The notes under the pieces are model-generated. The model had not been told where the DNA came from. It was given only the letters and a program-made list of their open reading frames with translations, and ran no database searches. From Octopus sinensis (taxonomy: Eukaryota): a stretch of DNA of 64,000 nt. The DNA is taken from positions 11,284,001-11,348,000 of the forward strand of contig NC_043013.1 of the NCBI RefSeq assembly GCF_006345805.1, written 5' to 3'. Made by a program: the position numbers and the translations under genes. How positions within the stretch are numbered: the first letter of the stretch is position 1; the number at the start of each line of letters is the position of its first letter. Shown in pieces: positions 41,473 through 54,736 of this stretch.

Positions 41473-41599
41473 CTGAAGATAAGAGGAAAAGACGTTGACA
41501 GAAGTTTCTGTGTATATAGCTGTCATTAGCAAGAGAATCGAGGGACTTTATCTCTTCTATCCAAATGACTTCGACTTATGCAAAAGGAGCAGAAAATAT

Positions 41600-41960
41600 T
41601 TATAGCTAACTTGTTAAGGTTTATCTCTTAAAGATATTCAATAGAATTTTTAACGAACACTGATTTTTGTGTCAACAAAAAATGAGATCGAATATTTTTT
41701 TTAAATGTGTAATGGGCTTATATGACACATTTCGAGAGTTATTGCCCCCTTCATCATCACTCATCTAACCCCTTCAACAGATGGGTGCTGATGAAGGGGA
41801 AAAATCTCCCGAAAAATGTCATATACGCACTTTTTTCTTCTTCGATCCAAATTTTTGTTTACATCTCACTAATAGGATACGAAATGTCGTAACAAACATC
41901 AGTGCTGGTTATAATTTCTGAAAAGATATCTGTAGAGATAATCTGAACAAGTGATGTAAA
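41600..41960. mobile_element. ~360-bp imperfect fold-back element with two inverted hammerhead-like cores at its centre
   Basis: 41719-41766 is the reverse complement of 41779-41826, and patchy symmetry extends to about 41600/41960. The right arm has CTGATGA (41788-41794), a stem II and GAAA (41811-41814). The left arm has the mirrored copy on the minus strand. Confidence 0.75.
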
Positions 41961-42014
41961 GTGCACTGCTAACACAGTAGTACACGGCATTGGAGGTGGT
42001 GGGTTATTATGCTT

Positions 42015-42493
42015 CTATTACTTCCACTGGACTTTAGTCTCAAGATCATTGTGATGGACCCATGTTTCATTCTTTGTGTAAGTCTGCCGAAAATGTCCTC
42101 CATTTCTAGGAACATTGCTAAAAGAGTTTGGAAGCAATTAACTCATTCCTGCTTCTGAAAAGGTGTGACCATCTGCACGTGCAAATTGTCATCTTTTTCT
42201 CTGACTCTACACCTTTTTCACTTTTTGGGTTAGTTATGCGGCGATCCTCCAAAATTACAGCTTCCACTTTATGGACGGTGTCGTCATCAATAGCGGAATT
42301 TGGTCATCCAGGAATAGGAGCAGTTTCCACCGATGTCCGACCACATTTGAACTGGCGATGGCAGTGCTTGACTACGTCGTTATGATGGTGCATCGTCAAA
42401 ATAAACCTATTTCATCTCATCGAAAGTCTCTTTTGGTGTACGACCTTTCAAGAATAAGAACCTGATCACTGATCTGCATTCAACTGAATCCAT
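42015..42493 (-). mobile_element. Mariner transposase remnant (N-terminal HTH to first catalytic motif)
   Basis: MDSVECRSVIRFLFLKGRTPKETFDEMK*VY, HRQFKCGRTSVE...PG*P, EDRRIT and ETWVHHNDLETK, with stops and frameshifts. Confidence 0.85.
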
Positions 42494-42872
42494 TGTAACA
42501 TCTTAGTCCACTTCAGCACCCGTAAAAGACAAATGAATACTAGTGGAAAGTTGCAATTTACAACGTGATATGTAGAGACAAAATAACGCATCCACCCGGC
42601 TCGGGTGGATTCGATAGTTTTTTTTCTCTTTGCCTGCGTGAGTTGTTGAGTATTGCTGTCTAGGAGAATTACTTATGGTAGTGAAATAGTATTTTTTAAC
42701 TGCTATTTCTAAATTTCGGTATGTGGTGAAGCAAATATTTGCTGAGCCCTAATTATAATTATACTCATAGTTATATAATTTCTGTATAAGTTTACCGATA
42801 ATGGTTCTTTTAACATACCGAACTACTTAGTAAAATTATTAATTATTAATTAATTAATTTTACCCTTTATTA

Positions 42873-42928
<56 letters not shown>

Positions 42929-42999
42929 TTTTTTTTTTTTTTTTTTTTATTATAAATTCGAAACAGCACTACGGAGAAATCGACGTAAGCTTAAATAAT

Positions 43000-43045
43000 A
43001 AACCGCGATAAGTGAACCGCGATATAGCGAGGGTTTATTGTGTAT
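43000..43045 (-). mobile_element. Solo pogo/Tigger-like terminal repeat
   Basis: The reverse complement caataaaccctcgctatatcgcggttcacttatcgcggttt resembles Tigger-type MITE termini. No partner end was found. Confidence 0.4.
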
Positions 43046-43676
43046 AGAAGAATACAAGCCAATATATGTACATTACATTACATCAACACCATCGTCCTCA
43101 TGAGAAAATCAGCTTCCAACAAAAATGTACGAGCATCAACGAAGACGCCTACATCAATATCTCCAATTTAATTACATCCAAATAATTAATAAGTAAAAAA
43201 AAATATATATATATTATATAAGAAAACTGAATAATAATGGAAATATATTTATATAAAAAAATAAAACAAGTGATATTTGCAAAGAAAATATCGACATTTT
43301 GATTTCTGGTAAGTTGCTTTCGTACATCTGTTTCACGATGAGAAAAAGTTTGGCTCCAAGAATATTGGTGGTTGGACACTGCTGTAATAACATAGAGAAA
43401 ATTAAACATGGACACAGCAAAACTCGCAATGAAAATATGTCATTCATCTTGCTAGAAATAATAGCGAAATCACTCGCCAATCACAGAGTGCTGTTTAAAA
43501 ACGTTTCCTTTAACTATGTAGCACTGTCGAGGTGGACTCAGCCGGAATACTTTGAATCATATGTTTAGTGCCACAGATCTGATTGCTTGCTAAATGATAG
43601 CAACGTCTAACATGTTCTTTCTTTCTTTCTTTCTTTTTTCCTTCTTTCTTTTTTCATTCTTTCTCTGTCAATCTGC

Positions 43677-43708
<32 letters not shown>

Positions 43709-44204
43709 TCCTTTCTCCCTCTTTTTTCCCATGTCTCACTCTTCTGAGGAATGCTAGAAATAACTACGAAATTACTCTCGAATACAAAACTATATGTATC
43801 GTTGCACATTCCCTTCTATCTGTTTGTCCCGCTCTCTAGCTCTACCTGTATATCTTTCTCTCCCTCTCTATCTCTCTCTCTGTCTTTCTCTCCCCCCTCT
43901 CTCTCTCTTTCTCTGACTTTCTCTCTCTCCCTCTCTCTCTCTTTCTCTCTCTACTCGTCTCTGTCTGTAAGTCTGTCAATCTGTCTGTCTGTCAGTCTGA
44001 ATTCCTCAACTCTCTTACTCACTCTCTCTTTATCTCCCTCCCTCTCTTCCCCTTAACTCTTAATATTCCCCTTCTCTCTCTCCCTTTTGCTTTCTAAATC
44101 TCCCTCTCACCTCTTTCTCTTTCTCTATATTCCTCTCTCTCTCCCCGTCTTTGTCTGTCAGTCTGTCAATCTGTCTGTCTCAATTCATCAATTCCTCCCC
44201 CTCT

Positions 44205-45065
44205 CTCTCTCTCTCTCTTATTCCCTCTCTCTCACTCTCCCTCAATCCCTTGCTCCCTCTCCCATCTCTCTCTTTCTCCTCACTCTCTCTCTCTCCCATC
44301 TCTCTCTCTTATTCCCTCTCTCTCACTCTCCCTCAATCCCTTGCTCCCTCTCCCATCTCTCTCTTTCTCCTCACTCTCTCTCTCCTCTCCCATCTCTCTC
44401 TCTTATTCCCTCTCTCTCACTCTCCCTCAATCCCTTGCTCCCTCTCCCATCTCTGTCTTTCTCCTCACTCTCTCTCGCTCCCATCTCTCTCTCTTATTAC
44501 CTCTCTCTCACTCTCTCTCAATCCCTTGCTCCCTCTCCCATCTCTCCTCTTTCTCCATCTCTCTCTCTTTCTCCCATCTCTCTCTCTTAATTCCCCCATC
44601 TCTCACTCTCCCTCAATCCTTGCTCCCTCTCCCATCTCTCTCTTTCTCTCTCACTCTCTCTCTCTCCCTCTCGTCTCGTTCTCCTCACTCTCTCTCTCTC
44701 CCTTCTTCTCTCTATTCCTCTCTCTCACTCTCCTCATCTCCTTGCTCCCGCTCCCATCTCTCTCTCCTCTCTCCTCTCTCTCTCTCTTATTCCCTCTCTC
44801 TCACTCGCCCTCATCCCTTGCTCCCTCTCCCATCTCTCTCTTTCTCCTCCACTCTCTCTCGCTCCCATCTCCTCTCTCTCTTATTACCTCTCTCTCACTC
44901 TCCCTCAATCCCTTGCTCCCTCTCCCATCTCTCTCTTTCTCCTCACTCTCTCTCTCCCATCTCTCTCTCTTATTCCCTCTCTCTCACTCTCCCTCAATCC
45001 CTTGCTCCCTCTCCCACCTCTCTCTTTCTCCCCACTCTCTCTCTCTCCCATCTCTCTCTCTCTCT
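44205..45065. repeat. Polypyrimidine minisatellite, about 9 units of about 91 bp
   Basis: The anchor tgctccc recurs at 44251, 44342, 44436, 44527, 44621, 44743, 44819, 44914 and 45003. Confidence 0.92.
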
Positions 45066-45978
45066 GATCCGTACATGCTTTGATTCGTCTCCCCATATCA
45101 CATTCTCTGACTGTCACTCTTTCCGTCTCTCGCTCAGATAGCGATATACATATTATCTAATAATTTCATGAATCGCAAGAATACCTAGTTCCAGTGTTTT
45201 AACTCAGTGTTTTGTTGCGTTAAACAGACGAGTGAGAAAGTTTCCCCAAGATGGTGATCCAATCTTTTGCATTGTATATATAACAATAGCTGTTGTGAAA
45301 TTTTTATTTCGTTCCTTTAATTTTATCAGATAGAGAATATTACATGTCTGTGAAAATCTCGGATGGATGCGCCAATGGGTTTAAGGAAAACTAACAGAAA
45401 AGTCAGCAATTTGTTCGTTGTTACTGTGCTTTGTCATGTCCAAGGCTATTTTATTTATCTGCAAAGAGCCCAGGCCGTCAAACTGTAATTAGATACACCA
45501 GGTTTCAATATAATTAATCGTTGCAAGCGATGGCTTCAGTGTATACATTGTCAAGTGGTTCGTTGGTTTGCAACGCTAACATTGTTTTTATATGAGGAGA
45601 GATTTAGCCTTGTGTCCTGCCCGAAGATATATGTTGGCGACCCTTACAATCCATGGATGCTGGATGACATGTATTTATTGGTGGATTGCAATGTAGTCTT
45701 TCTAAGGAAAATAATTGTCAAAATGTTAGAGCGAAATCTGTTTTGGCTTTTTGCGTTCTGAAGGCATCCAACGCTTGTGACATCACGGATCCCAAACTGC
45801 GTTGGATACACCTTTCCCACTATCAATGTCTATAATTTGTAGGAAACGAACGAAAAGAGGATTTGTATAAATGGGCAACTGCCTATTATTTTAAAGAAGT
45901 TTGGAAGAGACCTAGCTCTTGAAAAAGACTTATCCAATTGCTTTACCATGGCCATATAGTTCACTAAATGTGTGTATA

Positions 45979-46152
45979 GGCGCAGAAGTGGCTGTGTTGT
46001 AAGTAGGTTGCATCCAAGCCACATGGTTCTGGGTTCAGTCCCACTGCGTGGCACCTTGGGTGAGTGTCTTCTACTATATCCCCGGCCGAGCTAAGCTTTG
46101 TGAGTGGATTTGGTAGACAGAAACTTAAAGAAGCCTGTTGTATATATGTGAG

Positions 46153-46216
<64 letters not shown>

Positions 46217-46452
46217 TATGTGTGTATGTGTGTGTGTCTGTGTGTCTGTGTGTGTCTGTTTGTCCCCCTTAACATCGTTTGACAACCGATGCTGATGTGT
46301 GTGCGACCCGCATAAACTAGCAGTTCGGCAAAAGAGACCGATACCATAAGTACTAGACTTACATAGAATAAGTCCTGGGGTCGATTTGCTCGACTAAAGA
46401 CGGTGCTCCAGCATGGCCGCAGTCAAATGACTCAAACAAGAAAAAGATTAAA
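45979..46452 (+). mobile_element. SINE family A, full length with internal (TA)/(TG) tract and 3' half
   Basis: The 5' half matches the 6735 copy. The 3' half (gcagttcggcaaaagagaccgat...gcatggccgcagtcaaatgact) is also seen at 50960-51065 and 56690-56870. Confidence 0.88.
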
Positions 46453-46867
46453 GAGAGTATACACACACACGCGCGCACGCACGCACACACATATATGCAT
46501 ACATACATATGTGTTTGTATAAAGAGGTAGATATAAATAAAGTTGCTAGTTCTTACATCTATAAAAGAGATGTAAGTAGTAACTCTACGCAAGAGTAATG
46601 GTTATCAACACCTCGACGAGGTTAAGAGTGCTGTTCCCTCCCTTGTTTGCAATATATCGGACACAGATATTGTATAGTTAACCAGCTGGAGGAGGTGTCC
46701 TCTTGGGGTTAAAAGGAATACTAACATTTTTCTATGCAGAACAACCACGTTGAGTTAGTAACGACCATTCCTTTTTAGATAAAAATAGAGATACACATAT
46801 TCATATACATATATATGCATATATACAAATATCTATATATACACTGTGTTTATATATATATACGCCG

Positions 46868-46931
<64 letters not shown>

Positions 46932-47004
46932 CACACCACCACCAACACACACACATAATATATATATATGTATATGCATGTATATATGTTTATACACACA
47001 CAAC

Positions 47005-47091
<87 letters not shown>

Positions 47092-47574
47092 TCTTGTACA
47101 TTTAGATATTATGAGTACGTATACATACATATATATGATTAGAAATATAAATTTGTATCTATGTGTGCATCTAACTGCATGTAAAAGAACAAATGGCAAT
47201 ATTTTGAAATATGCAAATGTCTGTGTGGAGAGAGAGAGGGTGAGAGAGAAAGGGAGAAGTTTGATGGATTTGTGTGCAAGTATATATAACGTGGGTGGAC
47301 AAAGTACAGAGAAATGAGAGGTAAAATGCAAGAATGCACCATAGTTGAGTAAATGTTATATATATCTTTTCTACGCATGTGCTTAAATTTGCATTTGTCC
47401 TCTTTGCACAACATTATGAAATTCACAATTATAGAATACAATCTCTGGTATTTGCTCATACAGCTACACATTTATGCATAAATACGTGTAAGCATGTATA
47501 TATATATATATATTATATATATATATACCTACATGCATGTATGCATGTATCTATGTATATATATGTATATATAT

Positions 47575-47643
<69 letters not shown>

Positions 47644-47692
47644 ACATGCATGTATGCATGTATCTATGTATATATATATGTATTATATATAC

Positions 47693-47746
<54 letters not shown>

Positions 47747-48580
47747 ACATATATACACATATATACACGTAAACACACACACAACAACACATACTTACAT
47801 GTATGTATATATTGGTATATATGCATGCATATGTTATGTATTTGCAAATACATTTATGTTAAGTATACAAACACTCTCAAACACACTTATGCATGTTATA
47901 TATATATATATACATATATATACATATATATAATATATATATGTATCTATTTATGTATATATGTATATAATAGAGATATATATATATATACATAAATATA
48001 TATATATATATATGTATGTATATATGCATGTATGTATATACGTACGTAAGTACGAAGGAACAGCACATGGAATTGTCTGCGAAAATAAATGAATAAATAA
48101 ACAAAAATATAAATGAAAGCGGAAAAGAAACATGAAAACAATAACTGTTTATATTTCATTGCACTGTTTCTTGGTTCAATTACAATTTAGATTGCAGAGA
48201 GCGAATCCCATACAATAATTTCCCAAATGCATCATTCGAACACTTTAACTCATATACATAGAAACACACGTAACTATGCTTATATATATATATATATTTA
48301 TACACAAATACCCGCGCGCACAAAAATTACACACATATATATATACGCATATCCAGAAGCTCATACACATATATATGTAAATGTACTTCTCTCTCTGTCT
48401 CTCTCTCTCCATCTCTATACATTTATATATATATATATATATTATATATATATACATATTTGCACGAACTTATATGTTTACATTTATGTGTATATACCTA
48501 CGTATAAACATCTGTATGTAGGCACTCATGTATGTATATATTCATATATGTGTAATTGCAAATATATATATATTATATAT

Positions 48581-48669
<89 letters not shown>

Positions 48670-48715
48670 TTTTTTTTTGTTTTTTTTTCAGATTTGGCTC
48701 TGTTTGAAAATGTAC

Positions 48716-48759
<44 letters not shown>

Positions 48760-49260
48760 CATTTTAGCCAACTGTAATTTTAGTATCTTCAATCTTACAA
48801 TGATTTTCATTACTTAAATTATTGATTTAAGCCGAGAAAAGAACTTGACTAAGAATTAGTTTACAGAACATATATTCTAAGCATTTGTTATCCGTTTCTT
48901 CTTTCTCTTTTACTCCCAAGATTTCATTCTTTTTTGTTTGGTTTTGTTATTTTTATTTTGCTTTTTTTTTTTACTTTCATTGTTTCGTTTGTTGCTGTTG
49001 CTATAATTTCCGAAATCACATACATCGATTTACATATCGGCCAATGCACTAATCGAACTTCGGAATTCCCCAGTCCGCAACATGATCATAATAATGGAAA
49101 TTTTAAGAATTTCAAAAATCATTCCATTTTGAAATCTCAAGTGATTAAGCATATATATATGGTTGACTGAAGCATGCACATGTACGCGTAGTAATATGTG
49201 TGGTTACTTTGCTCTATGTGTTAATGAATGTATGTATATGTATGTATGTATGATTGTATG

Positions 49261-49291
<31 letters not shown>

Positions 49292-49394
49292 GTGTATATA
49301 TATATATATGTATGTATATACACGTACGCGGATACATATTTTTCTTTTTTAACTTGTAGTAGAAGAGCTGCAGGCATAGTGGGGTACCGCCTTT

Positions 49395-50270
49395 AGTGTG
49401 CTACATCTTCATATGAAACCTCCTCAGATATGTGGCTTTTGGGGAATGTTTGAGTTTGATGCTTCTGCCCCCGGTTGTGTTTTCTGCCACGATGTGGGTT
49501 CAACCGGAACACTTGACAAGCGGAGGTACGGTTTTTTTTTTAAGACACCGACGTTCACTCAATGTAGATCTCTTAGGCTTTTTGAGAAGATATTGAAGAG
49601 TTGTGGACCCTTGAAACTCAGGCTGTTGCAATATCTAACCCTGTATCATGATGGCAATTTTGGGTTCTTTCTCACTATGCAGGGGCTCTCCGTTCACTAC
49701 CAAAGTTTGGAACAAGCCCTTCCAGAATTTTCTACGTGTTTACCACTGCGTATCTTCCTCGCCTGCGTTCAAGGGAGTGGACCTGACGTGGCACTGAAAT
49801 GCGTAGTTTCTCTGGATTGCTTCGTGTTTTACATCATGTGGTGTTCATAGTTTCGAGGAGTAGTCAAACAGCTGAGAACAAATGTCCTCCAGCGGACCAT
49901 CATGGTTTCTTGTTTCCTTGTTCTGACAATCGTAATATGCACCTGGAAACATACAACATTACACATATCAATGCCCAGATCACACGTTGAATTTTATTGA
50001 GGGATTGCTCTCCGTCCTGAGCCAGTTTGTTCTGTCTGCATTTCATTTAGCTTCGTATGATGGTAGCGCAGGGTTTGAAATTTTTCGGCATTAGAATGCA
50101 TGTTATTCTCCTGGGCCCACATGTATATTGCGTCCAGCTCCAGTTGGAGGGGCGTAACATCTTGAGTGTTGTATATCCGCTGAAAGACTTTTCTATTGTC
50201 TGTAAGCTAGAAAAGGTGACCACATGAGCAGTTGATGATATGTCTGAAAGGGCCAGACCGGTTTTTCCTG
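49395..50270 (-). mobile_element. CR1-group LINE, 3' fragment of RT, decayed
   Basis: LQLELDAIYMWAQENNMHSNAEKFQTLRY, DLGIDM, WRTFVLS and HSLERRRGRYAVVNT*KILEGLVPNFG are typical post-YADD motifs of CR1/L2-group ORF2. Confidence 0.8.
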
Positions 50271-50500
50271 GATTTTGTGAAGTATATGTCCTGCTGGATA
50301 AGTCAACCCGTTGCAGTATAATTTATTTGTCCAGCTGAGTGAACTGGAGTTTTGTGCTCAAAAAACAGAAAACAATGGCCATTCCAGGAACCGAAACAAC
50401 TACCTTATTATCATAAATGCAACATAGTAAGCACTCGGCCTGTGCCTCTACTTAAACGTGAATACATACACACAAGCATACATACACATATATGTACATG

Positions 50501-50531
<31 letters not shown>

Positions 50532-50612
50532 CTGTGTCTGTGTGAGTGTGTGTGTGTGTGAGTGTCTGTGTATGAATTTATTCATGTATACATATGCATA
50601 CATATGTATATG

Positions 50613-50661
<49 letters not shown>

Positions 50662-50959
50662 CAAACACATATATAAAGTGACAGAAGCAATATAAATACC
50701 AAAAGGTAAAATGTATTAACACTTAAAAGTTGGTGGTTGTTAGAACACAAAATGCTGCGATATTTACCAGTGGTACATATAAGCACTTATTTACACTGCC
50801 AGCAGAAGACAATCGGCTTTATTTCTGCTATCAGGACTACCAGATCACTTGATTCCAGCCGTCTTTGGCTCTGTTCTTGGTAGACACCTGACCGCTACAC
50901 AACACTAGCTTCTAAGTGGTGATGCATACATAATACATATACATACATATTATTTTATT

Positions 50960-51065
50960 CTATTATTTATTTCAGTCATTTGAATACAGCCAAGGTGGAG
51001 TACTGCCTTTAGTCGAACAAATCGACCCGAGGGCTTATTTTCTGTAAGCCTAATATCTGTTATAC
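50960..51065 (-). mobile_element. SINE family A, 3' fragment
   Basis: tttcagtcatttga...ctttagtcgaacaaatcgacccgagggcttatt is the reverse complement of the 46370-46440 segment. Confidence 0.7.
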
Positions 51066-51103
51066 AAAGTATTTATACTTATAACATTAAATACTTCATA
51101 TAT

Positions 51104-51135
<32 letters not shown>

Positions 51136-51418
51136 CCATGCACACACCTGCAGAGACTGACAAAGACAGAAAGAGACAGACATAGACAGAGAGCGAAAGA
51201 AAGAACGTGAGAGAGGCAGAAAGAGACTGCATACTCTGCACAGTTTTTGCAAATAATTACTTTTAATTACTTTCACAATTTCCTTGTTTATTTTCGTTTG
51301 ATGCATTACAGAATTTTATACACATAAGCACAAACACATACGCATATACACGCACACACACACATATTTATACACATGCACAGACGCACCAGCATACATA
51401 CATACATACATACATACA

Positions 51419-51452
<34 letters not shown>

Positions 51453-52077
51453 CATACATACATACATACATATATTTCTCAAAGTGTTTCTGAAAACTTT
51501 TGCTTTGTTTCGTTACTCTGCTCATTGTATTTATATCAAATACAGTATATGATGACAGTTCACTCTCTAGTCATGTGAAAGAAAAAAAAAATGAAACAGT
51601 TGTATATTAGAGAGAAAAATATTGCAAAAAAATGATTCACATATTTGCTACTGAAAAAATTCCGTATAGAGACAACGCAAAAATAAATTATACATATATA
51701 CAAATAATAATCGATATCTTTTTTGTATGGGTGAATAGAACACTCCATCAAATTTAGGCGGCATGTTGTAGATTGAAGTAAGCCGTGAAGTATACAATTG
51801 TACATAACTCTGAGTAGCGTTTAAGTGCTTATACAGTAAAAAGTGCAAGTTCCTTAGCACACACATATGCATGTATGGACTCAAGTAATTTTGAAATTGT
51901 AACTCTATCCTACGATTATTTTTCTATAAGTAGAAGCCGATGATCACTGATTATTGCATCTAGGTTGCTTTAATCAATGAATATTAAAAGGCATTGTTTC
52001 TTCTATTTCCAGTGCATAGCTGAGAGATTATAATAAACACAATTTTATGTAATTTGTTCCCTATATTTATTTAACAG

Positions 52078-52209
52078 TTGTGGTTGTTTGGAAAGAGACA
52101 TTTCATCTCAGCAATATAAACAAAATTAAATGTTCCCCTGAGATTCCACAGTGGCTCAACATTCAATTGTCTTCGATTCTGATATTGCAAACAACTATTA
52201 CAGTGAAAC
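52078..52209 (+). CDS. Candidate internal exon, 132 bp, phase 1-1 (VVVWKETFHLSNINKIKCSPEIPQWLNIQLSSILILQTTITVK)
   Basis: Acceptor ttgttccctatatttatttaacag| and donor aaac|gtacgt. There are 43 open codons and the other two frames are closed. No homology recognised. Confidence 0.28.
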
Positions 52210-52722
52210 GTACGTAGGAGACTAATGACGCACACTACACACATATGACAAGATTAAATGTGGGTGGAATCAAGACAACTAAAAAGTAGAGGCGAAGTAC
52301 AACGGAGGCTGTTCCTATCAATAGCTATCACATCTTGTTTCAGTGTTTAGGAAATGTTAACTCTCACCACCGTCCGCCCCGTCAAACAATGCAACGGTTG
52401 AAAAGATTTGAATCTATAAAAACGAGAAGCAGAAGAACCGTATGGGGAAATTTGTGTATCTGTGGCGTTGTATATATATATATTTTTTTTTTACGCTTAC
52501 AGTGATCGACAAACCTCTCTTATTTATTTCCTGTTTTTCTTATATCCAGTGCGCGGGCGATCGGATTGAAATAATTGCTCTTACTGTTGCGGATTATCAT
52601 GATGATGGAAAAGAGAGAGTTAATGAGGGACAATAACAAACTAATAATGATATAGTATTTATAGGCATTAAACCAATTTTAATAATGGTAATTATAACAT
52701 TAATGACTACTATTTTTTTTAA

Positions 52723-52725
<3 letters not shown>

Positions 52726-52799
<74 letters not shown>

Positions 52800-53330
52800 T
52801 ATTGTCTTGTAGTTATTATTATTATTACTACAATTCTTACTATCATTATTATTATTATCATCCTTATTATTATTATTATTACTTTTATTTTTTATTATTA
52901 TTTCTATTATAACTATGATGACGATGATGACGATGATCATAATGATGACGACGACGGTGACGAAGACGATGATGATGATGATGATGATGATGATGTTGAT
53001 TATGATGATGTATACACAACAACGCAACAATATCGATAACCATAACAGTTCTTTGGAACTGCTACTAAATTTTCAGGAGACTAATCTAGTATGTTTTCTT
53101 CTATGATACTTCTGAAAGTTTATTGAAAAAAATAATTAATTATCCGTAAAACTACAACAAATTAAAAAAAAATATATATATATTATAAAATAAAAACTTT
53201 ACAACAGTAATAACTATAACAATGTCATGATGATGATGATAATGTTTGTAGTGCTGGTGGTGGTGGAGGTGGTGATGTTCGTCGTCGTTGAAGTTTGTGG
53301 GAAAGATGATGACGATGACGATGATGATGG

Positions 53331-53367
<37 letters not shown>

Positions 53368-54260
53368 AATGACGACGACGATGATGATGATGGTGATGAT
53401 GACGGTAGTCATGGTCATGTTGTTGAATGAAGATGCGGCGGTGATGGTGACGATGTTGTGCTCCTTCTAATAGTTTTGTTGTTCATGATGATGATGATGA
53501 TTGATGATGACGATAACGACGATGACGACGATGATTTCGACGGTGATTCCGCTGGTGTTCATGATAGTGGTTTGGGTGCTTGTAGTGGTGGTCTTGTTAG
53601 CTGTGTGGTGGTAACAGTCTTGACAAAGTCGATAATGATGATGATGGTAATGACGATGATGACGATGACGACGGCATCGGAATTTGTATCGGTTGTGGTA
53701 TCGGTAAAAGATGAAGGAAGGATAGGAGTGGAGGTGGGGGTGGGGATGTTGGAAGGGTGTTCGTTGACGACGATAAAAAAGCAATTCATTAAGAGGACCA
53801 ATTATACATTAATCAAATCATAAGAAACATTTAGTGTCGTTGAAGTTTCTTTTTATCATCGAAACCCCCGCCACCCGCACCATCACATTCACCCCCACCC
53901 CCACCATCATCACCATCACCATCACCACCACTACCACTCCTACCCTAGTAACCTCAACCATCACCAGCAACGCCAACGCCATCTTACCTCCAACCGTTTC
54001 GCCCTCATCTTCAACATCATTCACACCAACACATTCCACCCTTAATTCCACCATCACCAGCAACACCCCACGCCCCAACACTGCCACCTTCGGCACCACA
54101 TCGTTCTTGTATTATTTCGTGGAGATTGGCGATGTCTCTCATCGTGCTGGTAATGGTGGTGGCGTCGGCGATGATGGTGTTGGTGGTGGTGGTGGAGGTG
54201 GTTGATGTAATGATCTCGATGACGATGATGATGATGCTGAGCAGGAGGAGAAGGAGGAAA
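52726..54260. repeat. Composite trinucleotide field (ATT, GAT/GAC, CAC/CAT, GGT)
   Basis: Direct reading of the sequence. Confidence 0.92.
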
Positions 54261-54644
54261 AAGATGTGGAGGTATATGAGTATGTGGGTGGGGCGGCCGC
54301 GTTGGGCAGGTGAAAGATGTTAGAGGGCGGGGTTGACATATTTAAGTGGCGAAAAACAACAAATTTTCTTGATCAACGAAAAGGCTAAAAGTCCGCTAAT
54401 TACTGATAATGGATTTATTGAGTAAACACAATTCTGCACACACACACATACACACGCCCACACACGCACACAACACACATACACAGACCTTCCTCCATAT
54501 ATATTCACATTCATGTACTCTCGTTTACTCATGCGTATACGCACATAGAAACACTTTCTCTATAATGTGTGCGTGTGTGAATATAAATATGTATACGGAA
54601 ATTATATATATACATTAATATATATGTTTGTCTATGTGTATACA

Positions 54645-54693
<49 letters not shown>

Positions 54694-54702
54694 GTATGTA
54701 TG

Positions 54703-54736
<34 letters not shown>

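Noticed and set aside
43149-43568. Overlapping 88-89-aa ORFs on both strands with splice-like sites
   Set aside because: No motif was recognised, the strands conflict, and donor/acceptor pairs are unconvincing.
45330-45394. Plus-strand exon REYYMSVKISDGCANGFKEN*
   Set aside because: The acceptor is good, but the frame is short, has no donor and has no recognisable homology.
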